Part shown: one piece after another, positions 54,215 to 64,000 of the stretch
Position numbering within the stretch: position 1 is the first letter of the stretch
How the letters are laid out: each line of letters starts with the position of its first letter
Assembly: GCF_018977255.1 (NCBI RefSeq)
Contig: NW_024704743.1
Coordinates: forward strand, 8,930,001 to 8,994,000
DNA from: Callorhinchus milii
Taxonomy: Eukaryota
Direction: 5' to 3'
DNA length: 64,000 nucleotides
Notes under the pieces: generated by a model
The model's database searches: none
What the model was told of the DNA's origin: nothing
What the model saw: only the letters and a program-made list of their open reading frames with translations
Program-made: the position numbers and the translations under genes

Positions 54215-55205
54215 TGTCTACGAATAGATCAACTTCAAAGTCCTCACCTTCATATATAAAATCCCTTCACCTCCGAGCACCTCCATACCTCTCTGATCTG
54301 CTCGTACCTCATTCCTCTGCTCATGCCCTACCCACAGCTAAAACAAGCCTGCTGCACATCCCATCCCCTCCAAGCCACCAACAATGGCCAAAACTTTAGC
54401 CACTATGCCCCTAACATCTGGAACTCTCAGCCTCTATCCCATCACTTCTCTTCCTCTCTACCTGTCTTTACTGGTCAATCTAAAACTTACCTATTTGCTT
54501 CCAAACTCTGCCTCCACCCTGAACTCCAGGACTACTGGCGTTCTGACCGACTGCCTATCCGACATCAAGTACTGGACGAGGGACAACTTTCTCCAACTCA
54601 ACGTCAGCAAGACTGAGGCCCTCCTGATTGGCTCGCGCCAGTGCCTCCGCACCTCAGGCCTTGGCAGCATCAGCCTCCACGGCTGCACACTCAACCTCAC
54701 TAAGCCAGTCAGGAACTTGGAAGTTTTGTTTGACCCTGAATTGTCCTTTCTCCCCCACATCTGCACCATGGCCGGCACTGCCTACCACCACCTCCGCAAT
54801 ATTGCCAGACTCCGCCACTGCCTCACTCCTCAGGCTGCCGAAACCCTCACCCATGCATTCGTCACATCAAGGCTCGATTATGGAAACTCCCTCCTCATCA
54901 GCCTTCCCAGATTATCTAAAATTCTGCAGCTCGTGTACTCTCACGCACCAGGCTCTGTGACCCCATCACTCCCACCCTCGCCCGACTCCACTGTCTTTGC
55001 CTCGCTTCCTCCCTTGCCTCCTTCAAGGCCGGTCTTAAGATCCTTGTCTTCGATTGTGCCTTTGGTCTCCCTCTTACGTCTCTGCCTTCCCTCACCCCTA
55101 TACCACCCCTCCCCCACGCTAGGGGCCCGACACTTGACTGTTCAGCACTTTGGGATGACCTCCCGGCGTGAAAGGCGCTCTATAAATGTAATTTTGTTGT
55201 TATTT
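54215..55205 (+). mobile_element. Two adjacent L2 fragments (older ~54215-54500, younger ~54505-55205)
   Basis: DCLSDIKYWTRDNFLQLNVSKTEALLIG..AETLTHAFVTSRLDYGNSLL and L2 tail. Confidence 0.88.
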
Positions 55206-55804
55206 GACTGTGCCCCATGTCATTTCCCTTTCCCCCTTCTCCCTTTATCTACATTCTACCCCACCTTTGTGAAGCACTTTGAGACATTAAAACACTTAAA
55301 ACACTTAATTAAAATTAAATGAATTGATTAAAATGTAATTAATTGAAGGCAACTAGAAATGCAAGTTGTTGTTGGGTGTGAGTTTAATTTGTGGTATTGT
55401 AGACTTAACCTAATACACAGAATGGAATTAAAGGGACACAATACCATGTAATTTTATTTTACATAAAACAAAGCTTCCAGATTACTAATCACACGGAAAG
55501 GATATCCTGGTTCCTAGCACCTTGCTTTTGCCTTCATGTGATTTGCAATTGAGGTAATGCAAACTTGTTCTTCATTGATAGACAGAGCAGGATTTCTACC
55601 CAACAATCCTCCAAGTAACTTTCGCCATTCACTTCTTGACTGTTTGTGGGATTTTGTTGTGTGCAACTTGGCTGCCACAAATCCACAGTCACTAAACTAA
55701 TACATCTTGTGAAGTGCTTTGAGACATTTCAATAACTTGATAAAACACTGTATTAAATGCAAGGTGTATTATTGTTAGTAGTAGTATTATTTGGATTCAT
55801 GTAG

Positions 55805-56105
55805 TGCAAGCGAGAGGACCCAGTTCGATTGCTGGATGGGGCGAAGCCTTAGGCAAGTTTCCCTACCCCAAAAATCTCTATTTATCCAGCAATCAGTAGG
55901 AACCCAGTTGTTAGTTGATTGGCAGATCACTTACCGGGGGTAATAGTCCCTTCAATAAAAAATGTGATCACTCAATCCATGACTGTGCATTTGGCTGTGC
56001 AATTGGCTGTGCGTTTCACCCACAATTCACTTTACAGTACATTCTGTGAAGCGTTTTGAAACGTCTCAACGATATAACAAGGTGCTACATCAAACTCAAA
56101 CTATT
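55805..56105 (+). mobile_element. Family A SINE, long variant
   Basis: GCAAGCGAGAGGACCCAGTTCGATT head remnant, body and tail. Confidence 0.8.
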
Positions 56106-57682
56106 ATACAGTAAGTGTTTTGGTGCCTTCCTGGCACTTTCATTGGTTATCTAGGAATGCCAAGTAATTTTATGTAGAAATAAACTTTTAAATAGCTTCC
56201 AGAGCCCTTCAAAAGCCCTTCAGAAACCCAGAGAACACTTCAGAGAATCCAGAAATCAAAGGTCAAAAGATGTCTTTTGAAGTGTGAGTGAGCTGATAGA
56301 ATAAGGATTCATTTCTTAACAGCAGCAGCTGTGTACTATAACACTTGTTTACTTTATTGACAATCCACTACTTTGAGTGAATGTATAAGCATATTCAGAC
56401 AAATGTGCTATTAGAAGAAAGATATAATTGGAAGCCACAGTTCAGACATTTACTGCATTAAACCTTAGCAATTACAGCAAATAGGTATAGAGCAACAAAA
56501 CACTGTACAGGCGAGTGAAATTATGTTTATTTCATTATTAGCTAGCTATATTTATTAGGTTTTTGCAAATGTTTTGGTATCTATGGTAACACTATCATCA
56601 TAGCTATGATAGTAGAGTTACCATAGGTACTGAATTTCAGTAGGGGGTGGGGTGGTGGGGGGTGTGGTGGTTTAGCTGAAATTTTAGTACCGGAATAGAA
56701 AGAAATGCTGAGCACTGAATTTATTTACCTCGCTCCCTCCCTTCTTCAACTTTCTGCCCTGAGGTTTCCTCCACTTCTTTGTTTGTTTCCTAGCTTGTGA
56801 ATCCTTAAATATTTATACCTTTCTGCGAAATTCAGGCATGAAAGCCAGAGTCCTGGACTGACGCTAAGTAGGCTGTCAACAATCTTGAATGTTAAATGAA
56901 TCTGATCTGTTGGTCCATCAAGGCATCATATCCAACTCCCTCAAAAGATTCCCTAACTGTAAAACAAAAAATAAATAATCCTTGTACTTAATATATCATA
57001 TTTCACATCAAGAGGACGGCTTCACAGGATATAGTGTAACGTGCAGTTACTGCACATTTTAGCTGCCGCCCCGAGCCGACCCAAGTCTCTCCCACTGAAA
57101 ATGCTCCCCCTTCTATTCCCCACTCTCCGCTAGTTCTTTTCTCCCACCCACTCCTCGCCTTTTCTCTCTCCTGGAAGCCATCACTGCCTTCCTTTGCTGC
57201 AGGCTGGTTAATTTCCAAGTGTTCTGGGATGCTATTCTCTATGAGGGTCACTTTATAAATGAAAGTTGTTATATTGTGTAGGTGATCACAGCAGCCAACC
57301 TGTGCACAAATTTCGTCCCACAAAATTCGTGAAGTGAATCATCAATTTTATTTGGGGGAATATTGGCTAGGCTACCAGGAGAGTGAATAATGCCACGGAA
57401 TCTTTAACGTTCATTTGAACAGGCAGATGTTAAACCTCTCATCCAATAGGGTTAATCATTGAATTAGTCCCACAATGAAACATTACGCAATTCTTTTCTT
57501 TTACTGCTGACAGAACAGTCAATTTAGTTACAAGAAAAGATAGGATAACATTATGCACTACCTTAGCAGTTTGTGGATAAAAAACAAATGAAGAATAACA
57601 ACCTAAGACTTATATTTAGACTGTTGGCTTTGCTGCAGTCCAAAAGTAAAATAAACCACGTACCCTCAAGAAAAGACCTTGT

Positions 57683-58036
57683 GGAATCCTGCAGCTTAGT
57701 GGTTCGCGACAGAACCTGCATTTGATTCTGAGCAGGGCGTAACCTTGGGTAAGATTCCTTATTTGACGCACCTCTGTTTATCAAGCAGTAAGTAGGAACT
57801 GGTTATTAGTCAATTGGCGGATCGCTTTTCCAGGGGTAATAATTCCTTAAAAAAATTAACAAGAATAATTATTTGGTCACTTAATCCACTCCTGTACACT
57901 CCTGTGCACAATTGGCTGCTGCGTTTCGCCCATAAAACATACAGTCAATTCGCTTTTCAGTATATTCTTTGAAGCGCTTTGAGACATCTAGAAGATGTGA
58001 TAAGGCGCTATATCAAATGCAAAGGTTATTATTATA
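57683..58036 (+). mobile_element. Family A SINE, long variant
   Basis: GGAATCCTGCAGCTTAGTGGTT head, CCTCTGTTTATCAAGCAGT segment and tail. Confidence 0.85.
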
Positions 58037-60402
58037 ACATGGGAACTGGCCATTCAGCCCATTAAGCTTGTTGAGTTTTATTAGATCGTGGCAGATTTTT
58101 AAAATTTTATTTCCATTGCTTTTCTCCGCAATCCTTCATTATATTTCCTTTTTTCCCATAGTAACTTAGAAAAGTAACCACAGAGCTGTCTCGTGCACCA
58201 ACAGACAATAAGAACACAAGACTGTGAGAGGTCTGGAAAGAAGCAGCCTGCCATTCTCTCAGCTCAGGAACACTGTGCCTAACAAAGGGATCAAAGGGAG
58301 GAAAATGCATTTAAAATGGGGCATTTTGTATCCAAGCTTCCCCTTCATTACTGGTGTTTAAAGGAAAATACACATTCGTACTTGTTTTCAAACCATTGTT
58401 TTAAAATTCATTACTCGTAAAAAAAACATATTTACAATTTACTTTTGCTGCAAATTTTCCTTGTTTGAGCTTATCTATTATAATGCATTTTAATCGATAT
58501 CTGTGTCTTATGTCATATACAAAATGTTCTTTATAAGCACATTAAATGGAACGACAAAATCATTACTGCACTTTTCATAGCTAGAGATCAACAGATAGGC
58601 AGCAGAGTGTTTGCAAGGTTGTAATACAATACATGGTTTGCATGATACCATAACTCAGAATACATATGCTTCTGTAGGAAGCTGTATGAACTGGTTGTGT
58701 CAACTAATCTCAGTTGGTAGCACTCTGGCACTCTTGTGTATTGGTCAGCAGATCATTGGTTCAAATTTTACTTCAAGCTTTGAGCTTGCAGTCTTGGCTG
58801 ACACCCCAGGTCAGTTCTGGGGGAAGTGCTGCAATGTCAGAGATGAGTGAGTCCTTTGCATGAAACGATAAATTACTGTCTGCCTGTTCAGTGGATGTTG
58901 AAGGTCCTAAGGCAGTTTTCAAAAAGTGAAGGGAGTTTGTCATAATGCTGTGTTAAATAATCCTCCAGATTATTGTGCAAATTGACTGCTGTGTTTGTGT
59001 ACAATTACGTAATCACTATATTTGAAGCGAGGTGGGGTGGAGGAGAGCTCCTCAGGGTCAGTTTAGAACAGGAAGATACCCTTCCCCAAGAAGTTTGGCT
59101 TCTCAGGACCTTTTGTGTCTAATTTTACAAAATTATTTGTAAGAGATTGAATCATGTGGAACACAGAAACAGTATTTCTCCTGGTATCCTGAGCAAAAAT
59201 CCCCCAAATAAAATTGATCATTCACTTCATGGCTGTTTGAGTGACATTGATGTGCACAAATTGGCGGCAGCATTCGCGCACAAAACACACACAGTCACTC
59301 CACTTTACAATATAGGGTATGATCCTATGAAGCGCTTTGAGATATCCTCCTGATGTGAAAGGAGCAATACCAAATCTAATATTTTTTGCAGAGTCCAACC
59401 TTCATTTCCGCAATTATGAAAGGAAGTACAATGTTAGTGTATGAGGAGTCAGCAGAGTGAAAGGCAGTCAAACCACATTTTCTGCAAGTCTCAGCATTAT
59501 GTCACACCAGTGATGGGGAGAGCTGTATCCCCTTTTACATCAGACTGTACTAATCACCATCTGGACTTTCCCAGGGCATCATTCAGCCTCCCTCAGGCTG
59601 TGTACGGTTTGTACAAAGCAGGTTCAAGGACTGTAGAGATCCAAGGTTTTCACCCACACTTGTATTTTTCCCCCTCTAAATAAATATGCTCCTAAAATGC
59701 ATGTTGAAAAATGTGGCTAGGATTGTTAATAAGGTTTTATTTACATCTTCATAATCCTTTGAGGATGCAGCAGCTTCTCAGCACAGGCTTTGACTGGAAC
59801 CATCAGCAATGCTCATATAAAATCCGCTCCTGAAAGGTGCTGACAGAGGAGGTTGTGTAAATCATTGAAAAGCAGTCAAAATGTCACCAGAAGGAAGTAA
59901 CAAGAGACATACCAGTGGGCCTGGAAAGCTAAAGGGTTCAGTCTTCAAAAACCTAGTGTTGTTTTTCTTCTGCAGCATTTGCTCGACCTTTTTCCATGCT
60001 TTTTACATGATTCTTTTTTTACTTGTGGCTTTCTATTGCTCCTGGGTATTTTTCCATAAAGATAACATGGGGGGAATATATCACCATAAACAAAATATTT
60101 ATATTTTCTTTCATGAAGAAATTGATATGTTGAACGGTCAGATCATTTTTAAGAGGAATGCCCTGAAGGGTTATCTTTTTGGCCAGCCAGGTGTTTAACA
60201 TATGCGGAAACCTATCACCATTAAGAGTATCAATCCAAATAGAGATGTGTATGGAACTGAAGTGAGGCTCTAAGGGTGAATGGAACATATGTACGTTTCT
60301 AAGTATGGTTGGATAGATTTCAGTCTTTTATGAGAATATAGTTTTGGGAGGTTTAATTAAATTTATTCTATGTATATATATATCTGGCGAAATATTATTG
60401 TA

Positions 60403-60572
60403 ATGATAACAATTCTTGCATTTGATATAGCACCTTATCACATCACTGAGATGTCTCGAAACCATTTCACAATAGATGCTGTAAAGTGACAATATGTATT
60501 TGTGAGTGAAATGCGGCAGCCAATTTGCACACAGCAGTGTCCCTCAAACAGCCATGGAGTAAGTGACCAATT
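60403..60572 (-). mobile_element. DeuSINE 3' fragment
   Basis: Tail and Deu domain. Confidence 0.75.
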
Positions 60573-60794
60573 TTCAGCACTTGGAAGGCATTTTTCCTCA
60601 ATCCTACTAGATGAAGCTATAATTTTGTTATTTGGCCATTGCATTCTTGATGCTGGCGGTTTTATACTGTCACTGGTGTTTGTTTCGGTGCCAGAATTAT
60701 ATTCTGGAACCAAAACAAATTAATACTGGAATTATATTCTGGCACCTAAAGAATACTTGTATATATTATCGGCAGTATTTGGCAGTTCAATAAA

Positions 60795-60926
60795 TGTTTC
60801 GCCCACAAAATATACAGTCAATTCACTTTACAGTTTATTCTGTGAAGCGCTTTGAGGCATCTCAAAAATGTAATAAGGCACTATATCAAATGCAAGGATT
60901 ATTATTATTGTTATTATTATTATTAT
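60795..60926 (+). mobile_element. Family A SINE 3' fragment
   Basis: TACAGTCAATTCACTTTACAG..AAATGCAAGG(ATT)n. Confidence 0.8.
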
Positions 60927-61999
60927 ATGTAGCAATATGATGTTGGAAGCCCAGATTTGCTTCCTGCTCTACATTATGCTTGCCCATATACAGAACACTG
61001 CATTTGGTTGTTTTACTCAATATCATTAAAGATCTGCTTGCACGAATTTAATAGTAACTTTAAATATGGCTTGTTCAAAAACTCCAGTCCTGAGAGCTTT
61101 GAGTGGACCTCACACAGCAGGGGGGTACAGTGCAATTGATAACCATCACATTTATACTACTTTAGTGCAAATGACATTGAACTTGAAACTACTACACTAG
61201 GCCCAGTGTAACTCATCAAAATCATGATAATTTGTTGGCAAACATGAAGTCCAGTATGAACAAAATGAGAACAATCTCTGCAAAGGAATATGACCTAAAT
61301 CCATACATTTCCTTATATCTTTTATAGCTGCTATTTGGTGCAGAACACCAGGAATTGGAACATTTGGTGCATCTGGAAAATCTCAGAAAATGCTGTAAGT
61401 ATTTGTATTTCTAGCCAGAGATCTTTGCTTTGGAGTAGTTCCATAGGCTTTTATTTTATGGACTCTAGACTGTTGCTCCTTCATTGCAACCTAGAACTTC
61501 CTGTCTCCAATCCTTTATTTAGTTGAACTTTTCTTCTATGTAAATGCAATAATCCTTACATTTGATACAGTGTCTTTCACGTCAGAAAGATATATAAAAG
61601 CATTTCCCAGGATGTAAATTAATAATCCTTTCATTCAACATAGCACCTTATCATTTCGTTGAGACATCTCAAAACCCTTCACAGAACAAAGTGTAGTGAC
61701 TGGGTGTATTTTGTGGGTGAACTTGGCAGCAAAATGGGGCACAGCAATGTCCCACAAACAGCCAAGGAGCGAGTGACCAATTTTATTTGGGGGTTTGTTG
61801 GCTAGGACGCTGGAGAAACTCTCTTATAGAGCTTTAATATATAACTACCCGTTGCAGCTTCGCTTATAACCAAAGGATCCAATATGGAATGTAGATTGAT
61901 ACACATGCAGACACACAGACAAACATTTTGTCTTTATAGATACTCAGCTGGGAGGACTCCTGGGGGAGGACTCCTTTTGGGAGAACTCAGGGGAGGTGG

Positions 62000-63233
62000 C
62001 TACGATGAATTGATGGCAGAGATCTTTTGTACGTAGAAGGATGTTGTAATCGTCTTCACATTGCATCAACCTGTGTGCATAAAAAGCCAAGCAGACACCT
62101 TTTGTCAGGCTTTGACTGTCCAGTGCTGAGATTTGTTTGCCATAATATAATACTAATAATAATAATAATCCTTGCATTTGAATTAGTGCTTTTCATGTCT
62201 TCTAGATGTCTAAAAGCACTTCACAGAATATACTGTAAAGTGAATTGACTGTATATTTGTGGGTGAAACACAGCAGCCACTGAGCTACAAGACTCCACAT
62301 CTGGAAATGGTAGCCACCTTCATCATGTGGATATAAGATTGGGTTCTGGAGGGCATTGTATGCCCTGTTAGTCTCACATACTTGTTTGAATTTATTGATT
62401 TGATGCTGCAACACAATGTCGCTTACCATGTACTTCACCCACAATCTGGATGGCTGCTTCGTCAGTAGTTGGTGCATTATACCTACCTTCGCTCATGATG
62501 GCCAGCAGGTGTCTTGTCTGCATGGATGATTATTCTATATTCTTCTGCAGTCATTCTTTCCATTGCAGACACGGAGCTCGTGACGTATGTGAACTGTTGT
62601 GAAGCATTTCTTGCAGATTTAGTATGACAGCTTTGTTCAACCCCAGAACATTGCTTCAACACTGCATGGCTTGTTCTTCTCAGTTCGTCATGAAGTAGAC
62701 CTGTAAGAATTTTGGCGACTCATTAGGCAAATGTTTAAAGATCCTGATAAGTGATACACTTTGCCTTACACTTTATATATTGGCATATAGCCTGGCTCTT
62801 TAATTTCTCTAGTTGCTCCAAAAGAGGTCACCTGGAAACATGAATTGTATTTCCTAATGTTTGCTAGAAAAGGCTAGAATCACTTGATGTGCCATCCAGC
62901 AGACTTTTCAGGGATTCAGGTGGCTCTGTGAGCAACACATAGAAAGAACTTCTTTTGCCCATTTCTTGGCTCCACAATGGGCACAACCGTTTGACATACT
63001 CCAATATGATGGGCGCCGTCTGATTCGAAGTCTCTGCCTGGATCATTGTTGAGCGCAACTAAATGGAGTGACCTCTGCTGCTGGGCATCATTTTGCTGTG
63101 CTTTTGCATCTTTTTCAGCATTCAAGTCCAGCCATGCTGTTCTTTGTTCTTCAGTTTCATTTAATCGGCCTTCTTTCTTTTGTCTTGCATTTTTATTTGT
63201 CCTTCAAAAGCTTGATTTTCCCTTCTTAGGCAT
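62000..63233 (-). pseudogene. Helitron Rep/helicase N-terminal region, disrupted by frameshifts, stops and a SINE
   Basis: Manual translation from ATG 63233: MPKKGKSS..ETEEQR..IG/MSNGCAHCGAKKWAKEVLSMCCSQ/EPPESLKSLLDG..F/LANIRKYNSCFQVTSFGA..KV*GKVYHLSGSL/PKFLQVYFM..HADKTPAGHHERR/YNAPTTDEAAIQIVGE..DIVL..ETNRAYNALQNPIL..GYHF [SINE] AFYAHRLMQ..NILLR..LCHQFIV. These motifs are in the canonical order of animal Helitron RepHel upstream of the Rep core. Confidence 0.9.
62143..62296 (-). mobile_element. Family A SINE, internally deleted, inserted in the Helitron ORF
   Basis: First ~20 nt of head (GGAGTCTTGTAGCTCAGTGG) joined directly to the Deu end and tail. Confidence 0.85.
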
Positions 63234-63262
63234 CTTCCCTTAAGATTAAGAAAATGTGCTAT

Positions 63263-63387
63263 TGGGAGGACTCGTGTGGGAGGACTCCTGTTGGGAGGAC
63301 TGAGTGGGAAAACTCAGTGGAAGGACTCCTGTCGGTAGGACTTAGAGGGAGGACTCCTGGTTGGGAGGACTCCTGTTGGGAGGACTG
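63263..63387. repeat. GGGAGGACTCCTG-type minisatellite, ~9 units (3-4 more at 61950-61996)
   Basis: Direct reading of 13-16 bp units. Confidence 0.9.
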
Positions 63388-63880
63388 TAGCTCCCATGAC
63401 AATCTGAAAAAACTGACATACATTTGTTGCAGAATATATTATTATAGATATATCTCTTTAGAAGGGTGTGTACTTTCCTCTGTCTTGACTTTGTTGCAGA
63501 ATACCATGCATACCTCATATTTTGGGGCTTAATTAAACTGTTTTTTAAATATAGCTCATCAATGATAGAAGATCTCAGAAAAAAAGCCCATGCCACTTCT
63601 CCATGCAAGACCTTTCAGATGAGATATAAATCATGTCTCTACATCAATCGGTTATTGTGTTATTGGCAAAAACACAGACACAGACATACACACACAGACA
63701 CTTTGTCCTTATTAGTACAGATGATAATATAACTTTAATTATCATGTTGGTAGACACATGTAACAGTACATGTGATACGAGTTTATAGTGGAGCTCAGTT
63801 TAGGGATGTTTTCTATCTGGGACATTGCTTTAAGAAAATTGGCTGCTGTGTTTGCCTTCAAATTACAGCCATTGCACTGA

Positions 63881-64000
63881 ATAATATAATCCTTGCATTT
63901 GATATAGCACCTTATCATGTTGTGGAGATGTCTCGAAGCGCTTCATAGGATATACTGTAAAGTGGTTTTGACTATGTGTTTTGTGGGTGAAACACGGCAG
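63881..64000 (-). mobile_element. DeuSINE 3' end running off the window
   Basis: AATCCTTGCATTTGATATAGCACCTTATC tail. Confidence 0.8.

Larger units (their letters stand above)
61845..63721 (-). mobile_element. Helitron (rolling-circle transposon), internally deleted and degenerate
   Basis: RepHel N-terminal remnant (next feature); 5'-like A^TCTGTACTAATAAGGACAAAG at 63721; 3'-like GCGAAGCTGCAACGGGTAG^T at 61845 (one mismatch from CTAG). The termini are less certain than the coding remnant. Confidence 0.75.

Noticed and set aside
63263..63387. Regularly spaced short repeats suggesting a CRISPR array
   Set aside because: Spacers are only a few bp, there are no cas genes and the context is vertebrate; this is a minisatellite.

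Overview
Eukaryotic, repeat-dense, apparently intronic or intergenic vertebrate DNA. The repeat repertoire (CR1 with SGNH-esterase ORF1, abundant L2, tRNA-derived Deu-domain SINEs) points to a cartilaginous fish, possibly a holocephalan; this is inference, not a database result. I found no intact host protein-coding gene. The window opens with ~2.5 kb of strand-asymmetric G/C-rich tandem repeats around a small unique CpG-rich island, followed by a strong CTCF-like site. The rest is a mosaic of CR1 and L2 LINE fragments, two DeuSINE-type families, small hAT-like MITEs and several hairpins. The most notable element is a decayed Helitron on the minus strand (~61845-63721). Its RepHel N-terminal coding region is readable across frameshifts. 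It is bracketed by GGGAGGACTCCT minisatellite arrays, carries three 5'-TC-terminus-like motifs and one degenerate 3' end, and is interrupted by a SINE. Repeat boundaries were estimated by eye (about +/-10-30 bp).
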